Positions 19,430 to 28,095 of a stretch of DNA of 64,000 bases are shown here, one piece after another. Origin of the DNA: Candidatus Latescibacterota bacterium (GTDB lineage: Bacteria > Latescibacterota > UBA2968 > GCA-2709665); the NCBI GenBank assembly GCA_965203805.1, contig OZ241917.1:4576001-4640000 (forward strand), given 5' to 3'. How positions within the stretch are numbered: the first letter of the stretch is position 1; each line of letters begins with the position of its first letter. The position numbers were made by a program, and so were the translations under genes. The notes below the pieces were generated by a model. The model saw nothing but the letters and a program-made list of their open reading frames with translations, was not told the origin of the DNA and searched no databases.

Positions 19430-21411
19430 ATCGATCCGGGGCGAATTCCCCGCAGGAGACGCGGGCGTCGAGATTGAGGGAGGGGATCACCCTCCGGGCA
19501 GTGGTCATCGGCGTACTCGCCGTGGTCGCCATCAATCTCTGGGTGACCTACGCGGAGACGGTGGTGCGGTCCTCCCGGCTAAACCTGAGTTTCTTTCAGC
19601 TGACGCTGCTCAGCATTTTCATTGCGCTGGTGGGCGGCGTGAACCCGTTGATCCGGCGAATCAGGCCCCGCTCCGTTCTGTCACCGTCCGAGCTGCTGAC
19701 GGTGGCGGCAATCGGCATGGTCGGCTCGGTGGTGCCGACGTCCGGAGTTACCGGGTTCCTGGTGGGCGTGATCGGCAGCCCCATCTATTTCGCAACGCCC
19801 GAAAACGGGTGGGCGGAGTACTACCACCCGCATCTGAAGCCGTGGATGGCGCCGTCGGACAGCGGCGCCCTGCGGGCGTTCTTCGAGGGCGGCGGCGGCG
19901 GCGTTTCGGCGTGGAAGACCTGGCTGGCGCCGCTGGCGTGGTGGAGCAGCCTCGTCGCGGCCCTTCTGGTGGGCTCCGCGTGTGTCATGGTAATTCTGCG
20001 GCGGCAATGGGCGGAGCACGAGAAGCTGGTCTATCCGCTTGCCGCCGTGCCGATCGAAATGGCGGAGGGCGCGTCGTCCCGAAGCGCGTTGCCCGATTTC
20101 ATGAAAGGACGTCTTTTCTGGTTCGGGGCGGCATTGGCGTTCCTGCTGTTCGCCTGGCACGCCACCTCCTGGTTCTTTCACGGGATGCCGGGCATCCGGT
20201 TCTTTCCCCACGCCGGCTACTTCCGCTTCACCCGCTATTCTCCAGGCGTCTACATCCAGCCCCTGCAGTTCTATACCATCGGCTTCGCGTATTTCGCCAA
20301 CCTGCAGGTCTTGTTCAGCATCTGGTTCTTCTTTCTGGTGCACGTGGTGGAGGGCGGCATCTTCAACCGCCTCGGGTATCAGATCGAACGGTCCACCGAT
20401 ACCTTCAGTGCGGACCCGCCCACCGAAGCGTGGCAGTGCTTCGGCGCGCTGGCTTGTCTGGTCGCCTGGCGCCTCTGGGTGGCCCGGACACACCTGCGGG
20501 ACGTGTTCCTCAAGGCGATGCGGGCGGACCATCCCGTTGACGACGGCCGGGAGGTCCTTTCGTACCGGGCATCGGTCCTGGGGCTGCTGCTGAGCGGGGT
20601 CTACGCGCTGTTCTGGCTCCAGCGGTCCGGTATGGACGCGGTTTCGGCGGCGATGTTCCTGTTTGCCCTCGGCGTCATATACATCGGTCTGGCGCGGGTC
20701 GTTTCGGAGGCGGGGGTGGCCTACGCCCAGGGCACCGTAACGCCGCAGGCCTTCGTGATGGACCTGCGGGGCACCTACGGGCTCTCCGGCTCGTGCCTGA
20801 CGTCCATCGCGCTATCCTACGCACTGATCGACTATATGCGCGGGCTCTTCACGCCGGGCCTGGCGCAGGCCGTGCGTATTGCGGACCGGATCCGGGGGAA
20901 CCGGCGCCTTCTGCTGCTCTGTGTGACCGTGGGGGTGTTCGCGGGGCTTGCGTCATCGGTCTGGTTCACGCTTCACCTTGGCCATACGCACGGCGCGTAC
21001 AATTTCTCGCGCCTGTTTTTCAACGGGAATCCCAAGGCTGTCTTTTCCACCACGCTGGGACAGATGCGCACGCCGGGGGCGCCGGAGTTGAGCCGGTTGT
21101 TGTTTTTCGGGATCGGTGCGGGTCTGATGGGGGCGCTCACCTTCCTGCGCTACCGGTACTCCTGGTGGCCGATCCATCCCATCGGGCTGGCCGTCGCCGC
21201 CGCCGATAACGTGTACAGCCTGGCGATGCCGGTGTTCATGGCCTGGGCCGCCAAGGCGGTGGTCATGCGGGTGGGCGGGGTTGCGCTCTACCGGCGTTCC
21301 AAGCCGCTGTTCCTGGGCCTGCTGGTGGGATATACGGCGGGCGTGGTACTGGCTTTCACAGTCGACGCCGTGTGGTTTCCCGGACAGGGACACCAGGTGC
21401 ACTGGTGGTAG
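19426..21411 (+). CDS. DUF6785/DUF6784-type polytopic membrane protein (putative transporter), copy 1
   Basis: Many hydrophobic segments. Motifs YFATPENGW, ILRRQW..EKLVYPLA, GFAYFANL..LFSIW, GAYNF, WWPIHP, WFPGQGH. ATGA overlap with the upstream gene. Confidence 0.75.
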   Translation: MNRSGANSPQETRASRLREGITLRAVVIGVLAVVAINLWVTYAETVVRSSRLNLSFFQLTLLSIFIALVGGVNPLIRRIRPRSVLSPSELLTVAAIGMVGSVVPTSGVTGFLVGVIGSPIYFATPENGWAEYYHPHLKPWMAPSDSGALRAFFEGGGGGVSAWKTWLAPLAWWSSLVAALLVGSACVMVILRRQWAEHEKLVYPLAAVPIEMAEGASSRSALPDFMKGRLFWFGAALAFLLFAWHATSWFFHGMPGIRFFPHAGYFRFTRYSPGVYIQPLQFYTIGFAYFANLQVLFSIWFFFLVHVVEGGIFNRLGYQIERSTDTFSADPPTEAWQCFGALACLVAWRLWVARTHLRDVFLKAMRADHPVDDGREVLSYRASVLGLLLSGVYALFWLQRSGMDAVSAAMFLFALGVIYIGLARVVSEAGVAYAQGTVTPQAFVMDLRGTYGLSGSCLTSIALSYALIDYMRGLFTPGLAQAVRIADRIRGNRRLLLLCVTVGVFAGLASSVWFTLHLGHTHGAYNFSRLFFNGNPKAVFSTTLGQMRTPGAPELSRLLFFGIGAGLMGALTFLRYRYSWWPIHPIGLAVAAADNVYSLAMPVFMAWAAKAVVMRVGGVALYRRSKPLFLGLLVGYTAGVVLAFTVDAVWFPGQGHQVHWW

Positions 21412-21532
21412 CCGGAAACGGTCTTCGCATTCCCTGTGGTTGCACCACGTGATACGCCGTTGGCGCCTCAAGCGGAAGAAACACGCACACGTTCCGGATC
21501 CTCCCGTCTGAAACACGTTCGAAACGAGACCC

Positions 21533-23503
21533 ATGGAATCGTCGCCGATACATACCGGGGCGCCACACGCCGGGAACCCCGGGGACAAACCTGGCGGAGT
21601 CACCGCGAGGTCGGTGGGAGTCGGCCTTCTTTTGGTGGTGTTCGTCAACTTCTGGATCCTCTACTCGCTGTACCTGATCCGGGCTTCCTGGCTGCAGGTG
21701 ACCCATTTTCCCATGGGGCTGTTCGTGCCCTTCATGCTCCTGGCGCTGTTTGCGAATCCCGCGCTCAAGGCGCTCCGGCGCGGCAGGGGTCTGTCGCGGT
21801 CGGAGATTCTGGTGGTGGCCGCGATGGGCCTGACCGGCGCGATGGTGCCCGGATTCAGCCTGATGACCACGCTCCTGGGGACCATCTCGGTTCCGTACTA
21901 CATGGCGACCCCGGAAAACCAGTGGAGCGCCTTCTTCCATCTCCACATGCCGGACTGGATCGCACCGTCGAACCGGGGCGGCACGATGCGGATGCTGTTC
22001 GAAGGCCTCCCGTCGAGGGACACGCCGATTCCCCTGGGCGCCTGGGCCGGTCCATTGACCTGGTGGATGGCCCTGGTGGGTGCGTTCGCGTTCGCTTCGA
22101 TGTGCCTGATGGTGATCCTGCGCCGGCAGTGGGTGGAGTACGAACGGCTGGTGTACCCGCTCGCGCAGGTGGCCGCCGACATGGCCGGCGACGAGGGGGA
22201 CGGGCGTTCGCTTCCGGGGTTCATGCGCACCCGTGCGTTCAAGTTCGGCTTCGGGGCGGCCACCCTGGTCATGACCTGGAACATGATGTCTCATTTCGCG
22301 CCGTGGTTTCCCGAGATACCGCTCGGCATCCCGTCGAGGTGGACCACGTTCTTCAAGGGATTTCCGCCGCTCCACACGACCATCAACTTCTACACGATCG
22401 GATTCGCCTATCTGGCCAACCTGGATGTACTCTTCAGCATCTGGTTCTTCCACTTCATGGCGATGTGGGAGGTCTTTGTGTTCGGAAGGCTGGGCGTGGG
22501 GGGCATCTCCGGCGGAGCGGCCGTGTCGTGGCAGAGTATCGGCGCGTTGTGTACGCTGGTGGTGTGGGGGCTGTGGACCGCCCGGAAACACCTCCGCCAG
22601 GTTCTCAGAGGGGCGCTCCACCCGGGCGCCGACGATGCTGAGGAGATCCTGTCCTATCGGACGGCTGCGTGCGGCGCGGCGCTGAGCCTGATCTTCATCG
22701 TTGCCTGGTTCTACAATGCCGGCATGGGCATGCTTCTTTCAGCCGTGCTGGTTCTGCTCTTTTTCGTTACCTATCTGGGCATCGCGCGGGTGGTGGCGCA
22801 GTCGGGCCTGCTTTACGTCAGTTCCCCGATGTTTCCCCAAACCGCGATCCTGCGCGCCGTGGGCCCCGCCGCGATTCCCGGGCGCGCAATGACGGCATTG
22901 GCCTTTTCCTTCGCCCTGCGCAACGACGGCCGCGGGCTCTTCATGCCAGCCCTGGCGCACGTGGCGAAAATCGGCGACCTGATCGGCGGGGACCGGCGCC
23001 GGCTCGGTTACGCCGTGGCGCTGGGCCTTGCCGGCGCCGTGGCGACGTCTGTCGGCCTGACGCTCTACTGGGGATATACGATCGGCGCGTATAATTTCGG
23101 CAGTATCGCGCTGTTGCGGCGGACGGTTCCCACCTTCAACTGGTTTGCGGGGATGATGTCCAGCCCGGATCCGGTGAAGCCCGAGGTGTTCGGGTATTTC
23201 GGCGCCGGCTGCGCCGCGATGCTCGCGCTGACGTTTCTGCGTTACCGACTGCCATGGTGGCCGCTGCATCCGCTGGGTCTGGCCGTGACCTGGTCGGGAA
23301 TGACGGTACACTCGGTACTCTCGGTTTTTCTGGCCTGGGCGGTAAAGGGTATCGTACTGAAGGCAGGCGGCGTTTTTCTGTACCGGCGATCCATTCCTTT
23401 TTTCCTGGGGTTGATGGTCGGATACGCGCTCAACGTGGGCGTTTCGTTCGTGCTTGACATCACGTATTTCGGCGGGGAGGGCCACGGCGTACATGCCTAT
23501 TGA
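21533..23503 (+). CDS. DUF6785/DUF6784-type polytopic membrane protein, copy 2
   Basis: Same motif set (YMATPENQW, ILRRQWVEYERLVYPLA, GFAYLANL, WWPLHP). Confidence 0.75.
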   Translation: MESSPIHTGAPHAGNPGDKPGGVTARSVGVGLLLVVFVNFWILYSLYLIRASWLQVTHFPMGLFVPFMLLALFANPALKALRRGRGLSRSEILVVAAMGLTGAMVPGFSLMTTLLGTISVPYYMATPENQWSAFFHLHMPDWIAPSNRGGTMRMLFEGLPSRDTPIPLGAWAGPLTWWMALVGAFAFASMCLMVILRRQWVEYERLVYPLAQVAADMAGDEGDGRSLPGFMRTRAFKFGFGAATLVMTWNMMSHFAPWFPEIPLGIPSRWTTFFKGFPPLHTTINFYTIGFAYLANLDVLFSIWFFHFMAMWEVFVFGRLGVGGISGGAAVSWQSIGALCTLVVWGLWTARKHLRQVLRGALHPGADDAEEILSYRTAACGAALSLIFIVAWFYNAGMGMLLSAVLVLLFFVTYLGIARVVAQSGLLYVSSPMFPQTAILRAVGPAAIPGRAMTALAFSFALRNDGRGLFMPALAHVAKIGDLIGGDRRRLGYAVALGLAGAVATSVGLTLYWGYTIGAYNFGSIALLRRTVPTFNWFAGMMSSPDPVKPEVFGYFGAGCAAMLALTFLRYRLPWWPLHPLGLAVTWSGMTVHSVLSVFLAWAVKGIVLKAGGVFLYRRSIPFFLGLMVGYALNVGVSFVLDITYFGGEGHGVHAY

Positions 23504-23522
23504 AAGACGGGAGAAGCGTAGA

Positions 23523-24776
23523 ATGCAGATGGGTAGATGGTTAGCGTTGGCCTGGTTCTTCGTTTCCGCGCTAACCGGCTGCGGCGGGCCCGATGATGGA
23601 TCGTCCGGCGGAAAGGTGACGCTCAGAATCGCCTGGATGGGCCCCGAACGGGAAGCGTTCCGGGCGTGGAAGAAGGGATTTGAAGCGGAACATCCCGACG
23701 TGAGGATCGAGCAGCGGTTCATCCCGTACGATCAGGGGCCGACGGTTTACAATACGATGATTCAGGGCGGAAATCTTCCGGACCTGGGATATCTGTTCAT
23801 GGGGATGATTTCGGAGTATGCGGAGCGGGGGGTACTGGAGCCGCTGGACGACTATATGACGGAGGACGAACGCAACGCGTGGATTTCCACGGCGCTCAGC
23901 GCCGGCGAGTACCGGGGAAAAACGTACGGGGTGCCGCTGTGGGGCGCCAACCGGGTTCTCTACGTACGCAGGGACTGGATGGAAGAGGCAGGGGTGAGCG
24001 CGCCGCCCGATACGTGGGAGGCGGTCCGGGAACTGGCAATCAAGCTGAATAGGCCGCCCGAGCGCTACGGGATCTGTGTGGGCGCGGGAAGGCCGAAACA
24101 CCTGATGCAGGAGCAGATCGCCATGATGTGGGGCTTTGGCGCCGATTTCTTCGACCGGGACGGCAGGCTGGCGATCAACAGCCCCGAGGCGGTGGCGTAC
24201 GTGAAGTTTCTTACGGATATGCACCGGGTGGACCGGGTCATGCCGCCGGGCATCCTGAATCTGAACGCGGATGATTGCTATGCGGTCATGGACGCGGGAA
24301 AGGCGGGTCTGACGTTCAGCGGGCCGTGGCAGTACGAGCGGTGCCGGGATGCCGGGATCGCGTGCGAGCCGCTGATGACGCCGGCGGGGCGCGACCGGAA
24401 GATGCTGCTGATTCTGGACATCTTCTCCGTGTTTTCCACGTCGAAACGGAAGGATCTGGCGTATGATTTCATCCGCTTTACGCAGCGGCCGGAAAACCGC
24501 GAGATGATGGACGTGGAGAACGGGGGCGTGCCGGTGACCAACGCGGTGTCGGAGCACGCGTATTACCGGACCGTGCCGATCCGCAATTACCTGGCGCAGG
24601 CGGACCTGATCGAGCTGACGCCGAAGCACCCGGAATGGACGAAGATCCAGGACGGGTGGGGAGAGGCGATCCAGATGGTGCTGGCGGGTACGGCGTCTCC
24701 GCGTGAGGCGCTGGATACGGTCTATGCACGTCTGATGAGGGAACTGGAAGACCCCACGCTTCCGCGCGAGGACTAA
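23523..24776 (+). CDS. Carbohydrate ABC transporter substrate-binding lipoprotein
   Basis: Lipobox LTGC; FEAEHPDV; G..PDL; YGVP...VLYVRRD; PPDTWE; GKAGLTFSGPW (SBP_bac_1/8 pattern). Confidence 0.9.
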   Translation: MQMGRWLALAWFFVSALTGCGGPDDGSSGGKVTLRIAWMGPEREAFRAWKKGFEAEHPDVRIEQRFIPYDQGPTVYNTMIQGGNLPDLGYLFMGMISEYAERGVLEPLDDYMTEDERNAWISTALSAGEYRGKTYGVPLWGANRVLYVRRDWMEEAGVSAPPDTWEAVRELAIKLNRPPERYGICVGAGRPKHLMQEQIAMMWGFGADFFDRDGRLAINSPEAVAYVKFLTDMHRVDRVMPPGILNLNADDCYAVMDAGKAGLTFSGPWQYERCRDAGIACEPLMTPAGRDRKMLLILDIFSVFSTSKRKDLAYDFIRFTQRPENREMMDVENGGVPVTNAVSEHAYYRTVPIRNYLAQADLIELTPKHPEWTKIQDGWGEAIQMVLAGTASPREALDTVYARLMRELEDPTLPRED

Positions 24777-24938
24777 GAAGCTGTCTTAAAATTCCCAGCG
24801 GTCTTCGCGCGGCTGCAAAAGCGCCGGTCAGCGTTGGTCAAACCCACCCGTATAGACAAATATGGGCGGATTTTCCCGCCTTGACCGACACTTTTTCGCT
24901 CGCGCTCGGGAACTCACCGGTAATTTTAAAACAGTTTC
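24777..24938. mobile_element. 162-bp MITE-like element with terminal inverted repeats and TAA target duplication
   Basis: Left end GAAGCTGTCTTAAAATT matches the reverse complement of the right end AATTTTAAAACAGTTTC at 15/17. TAA lies on both sides. The interior is an imperfect palindrome. Confidence 0.75.
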
Positions 24939-24950
24939 TAAGGAGGCCGC

Positions 24951-25817
24951 ATGGAGCGGGAAAAACGCCGCTTGGCGTACCTTTACGTTGCCCCCGCGGC
25001 GGTGTGGTTGTTTCTGTTTATGGGAGTTCCCATTCTGGACGTGATGGAGACGAGTCTCTATCACACGTCCTACAAGGGAGAGACGTTTGCCGGGTTGGGG
25101 AATTACCGCGGACTTCTGCAGGACGATCTGTTTCTGCTGGTGCTGAAGAACACGGCGTTGTGGACGGCCCTGGCGGTTGCGATGAACGTGGGATTGGGGC
25201 TGGGCGTGGCGCTGTTGTTGAGCCGCGCATCGGTTTTCAGCGAATGGGTCAGGGGCCTGCTGATCCTCGCGTGGGCAATGCCGCTGGTGGTGGCGGCGAT
25301 CACCTGGAAGTGGATGTACAACGGTGAGTACGGGCACCTGAATTCGCTCTTGCTGGGCCTGCAACTTATCGATACGCCCATCCAGTGGCTGACAGACGCT
25401 TCGACGGCCTTTGCCGGGGCGCTGGTGGCCCGGTTGTGGACGGCGTTGCCGTTTACGGCGTTTGCGTTCCTGTCCGCGCTGCAGTCGATCCCCGGCGATC
25501 TGTACGAGGCTTCCACGATCGACGGGGCCACGGGATTCCGGCAATTCCGCCATATCACGCTGCCGCTGCTGCGTCCGGTCACGCTGGCGGTTCTGCTGGT
25601 CAGCGTAATCTGGTCGTTCAACAGCTTCGTCTTCATCTATGTCATTACGGCGGGCGGACCGGCGAACCAGACCCAGATTGTGGTTACGGAAATCTACCGA
25701 CGCGCGTTCGGATATTTCAACTTCGGGCAGGCCGGCGCGCTGACCGTTCTGGCGTTCTTTCTACTGCTCGGGATCAGCCTTCTGCAATGGCGGGTGTTCT
25801 ACAGGAGGGAGAACTAA
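24951..25817 (+). CDS. Carbohydrate ABC transporter permease (MalF/UgpA-like)
   Basis: FAGLGNY, LQSIPGDLYEASTIDGA (EAA loop), HITLPLLRP, TAGGP. Confidence 0.92.
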   Translation: MEREKRRLAYLYVAPAAVWLFLFMGVPILDVMETSLYHTSYKGETFAGLGNYRGLLQDDLFLLVLKNTALWTALAVAMNVGLGLGVALLLSRASVFSEWVRGLLILAWAMPLVVAAITWKWMYNGEYGHLNSLLLGLQLIDTPIQWLTDASTAFAGALVARLWTALPFTAFAFLSALQSIPGDLYEASTIDGATGFRQFRHITLPLLRPVTLAVLLVSVIWSFNSFVFIYVITAGGPANQTQIVVTEIYRRAFGYFNFGQAGALTVLAFFLLLGISLLQWRVFYRREN

Positions 25818-25819
25818 CC

Positions 25820-26656
25820 TTGGGACCGGTCCGTGTGCGGCCTGCGGGAGTATTGCGGGCGCTCCTGATGGCGGTCGTCGCCGCTTTCGCGCTATTTCCG
25901 TTTCTGGTCGTCGCGGGGACTTCCCTGAAGACGCTGGGCGAAGTGTTTCAGTCGCCGGCGACGCTGGTGCCCAGACTGTTTGCGTGGCAGAATTACGTGG
26001 ATATCTTCGTCCGGATTCCAATGACGCGCCATCTGGTGAACAGTCTGATCATCGCTGTGGGAACCACCGTTCTGAACATTGCCGTGGCGACTCCGGCGGC
26101 CTACGCGATGGCGCGCATCCGGTTTCGCGGCCGCGGGGCGTTCGGGCTGGGCATCCTCGTGATGCAGATGTTTTCCCCCGTGATCGTTCTGATTCCCCTG
26201 TTCAAGGTGATGAAGTCGCTTCATCTTCTGGACACGTACAGCGGCCTGATTCTGGTGAATACCGCCGTTACCCTGCCGTTTTCGATATGGATCCTGGCTG
26301 GGTTCTTCAGGCGCATTCCGGAAGAACTGGAAGATGCCGCGATGATCGACGGCCTATCAAGAACGGGGATGCTGTTCAGGATCGCCCTGCCGCTGACCGG
26401 GCCTGGCCTGGCGACGACCGCGATCTTTGCGTTCGTGACCGCCTGGAACGAGTTCATCTTCGCCCTGGTACTGGTTTCCCGGAGGGAAATGCAGCCGATC
26501 ACGATGGCGCTCTATTCATGGGAAAAGAACAACGTGGTGGAATGGAACCTGCTGATGGCCACCGCGGTGGTGGCGACGATTCCAACCGTGCTGCTGTTTC
26601 TGCTGGTCAGGAAGCGGCTGACGGCGGGTCTGATGTCGGGTGCGGTGAAGTCCTGA
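25820..26656 (+). CDS. Carbohydrate ABC transporter permease (MalG/UgpE-like)
   Basis: NSLIIA, AAYAMAR, IPEELEDAAMIDG, WNEFIFAL, GLMSGAVKS. TTG start 2 nt after the upstream stop. Confidence 0.92.
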   Translation: MGPVRVRPAGVLRALLMAVVAAFALFPFLVVAGTSLKTLGEVFQSPATLVPRLFAWQNYVDIFVRIPMTRHLVNSLIIAVGTTVLNIAVATPAAYAMARIRFRGRGAFGLGILVMQMFSPVIVLIPLFKVMKSLHLLDTYSGLILVNTAVTLPFSIWILAGFFRRIPEELEDAAMIDGLSRTGMLFRIALPLTGPGLATTAIFAFVTAWNEFIFALVLVSRREMQPITMALYSWEKNNVVEWNLLMATAVVATIPTVLLFLLVRKRLTAGLMSGAVKS

Positions 26657-26682
26657 GCGCGCTCGATTCCGGGTTCCGCCGG

Positions 26683-27798
26683 CTATTCGGGCGCATCCGG
26701 GAGCAGCGCGGCTTCGGTCTCCCTGTCGAAAAAATGGACGGCGGAGAGGTCGAATGCCAGCCGGACCTCCTCGTCCACCGAAGGAACGGGTTCCGCGGCC
26801 ACCCGGGCCACGCAGGAGGCGCGCCCGACGGTCAGGTAGAGGAAGGTCTCATGTCCCATCGGTTCGACGACTTCGACTTTCGCGACCACGTCTTCGGATT
26901 CGCCGGGTCCGTGGACTGAAGACGCGTAGTGGATGTGCTCGGGACGGATACCCAGGATGACACGGCGGCCGACGCAGCCTGACAGGCTGACCCGGTGTCG
27001 ATCCGGTATCGGGAGGCGGAGGCCGTCTCCAGAAAATGCCAGGCCGTCGTCCCGAACGAGTTCACCTTCCAGGAAATTCATCGAAGGGCTGCCGATAAAA
27101 CCGGCCACGAACCGGTTTACGGGGCGCCGGTAGAGCTGTACCGGAACTCCGATCTGCTGAATTCGTGCGTCTCGCATCACCACGAGCCGGTCGCCCATGG
27201 TCATCGCTTCGACCTGGTCGTGGGTGACGTAGATCATGGTGGCCCCGAGCCGGGCGTGTAGTTTGCCGAGTTCGGTCCGCATTTGCACCCTGAGCCCTGC
27301 GTCCAGATTGGACAGGGGCTCGTCGAAGAGGAAGGCCTTGGGCTTCCGGACGATTGCCCGGCCCACGGCCACCCGCTGACGCTGGCCTCCCGACAGTTCC
27401 TTCGGCTTGCGGGCCAGCAGGTCTTCGATACCCAGGATGTCCGCCGCCTCCCGCACCCTGGCGTCGATTTCGGCTTTCGGGAATTTCCTGAGTTTCAGCC
27501 CGAAGGCCATGTTTTGGTAGACGTCCATATGAGGGTAGAGGGCGTAGTTCTGAAAGACCATCGCGATGTTCCGGTCTTTGGGCGGCAGATCGTTCGCGAG
27601 TTTGCCGTCAATGTAGACGTTTCCGCCGGTCAACTCCTCGAGGCCGGCAACCAGCCGGAGCGTGGTCGATTTTCCGCATCCCGAAGGCCCGACGAGCACC
27701 ACGAACTCCCCATCTTCGATATGGAGGCTGAAGTCCTCTACCGCGATGGTGTTCCCGTTGTATATTTTCCGGACGTCTTTCAGGGTTACCGTTGCCAT
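26683..27798 (-). CDS. Sugar ABC transporter ATP-binding protein (MalK/MsmK/UgpC family)
   Basis: Walker A GPSGCGKST, VFQNYALYPH, LSGGQRQR, DEPLSNLD, HDQVEAMT, C-terminal TOBE/OB region. Confidence 0.95.
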   Translation of the reverse strand: MATVTLKDVRKIYNGNTIAVEDFSLHIEDGEFVVLVGPSGCGKSTTLRLVAGLEELTGGNVYIDGKLANDLPPKDRNIAMVFQNYALYPHMDVYQNMAFGLKLRKFPKAEIDARVREAADILGIEDLLARKPKELSGGQRQRVAVGRAIVRKPKAFLFDEPLSNLDAGLRVQMRTELGKLHARLGATMIYVTHDQVEAMTMGDRLVVMRDARIQQIGVPVQLYRRPVNRFVAGFIGSPSMNFLEGELVRDDGLAFSGDGLRLPIPDRHRVSLSGCVGRRVILGIRPEHIHYASSVHGPGESEDVVAKVEVVEPMGHETFLYLTVGRASCVARVAAEPVPSVDEEVRLAFDLSAVHFFDRETEAALLPDAPE

Positions 27799-27921
27799 CC
27801 TGCCCCCGGCTCCGGGTTGAGTTGTGGTGGACCGAATAAGGTAAGTATAACCCTTCGAATTAACAAGCTTCCGGAGTACTCGCGGAGCGTTTTACCCGAC
27901 ACTTGAGACAGGGATCTACCA

Positions 27922-28095
27922 ATGTCCGGAGCACGGATCGAGACGCTGAAGGAGATGCACCTGACCACGGACCTCGGGGAGGGGGCGGAGATCGTGGCGT
28001 TGTTGAGCGCCGGTGGCGTGACAGCGCTGGCCGACGGTCCCGGCCTGCTGGCAGGCGCGGACAAAGATACGATCACCGCATTGAGCCGGGCATGA
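27922..28095 (+). pseudogene. 57-aa internally deleted remnant of a paralog of the 30918..34589 gene
   Basis: MSGARIETLKEMHLTTDLGEGAEIVA matches the N-terminus MAERGIDRLKEMRLTTDLREGAEIVA. The rest (GGVTALADGPGLLAGADKDTITALSRA) resembles the C-terminus SGVTVLT..PGAPGLLVGTDGGGLSALSP. ATGA overlap with the next gene. Confidence 0.7.

Noticed and set aside
27903-28091. 63-aa N-terminal extension of the PL15-like ORF in the track
   Set aside because: It is a low-complexity R/G-rich off-frame reading of the 57-aa relic. The signal peptide and ATGA coupling place the start at 28092.
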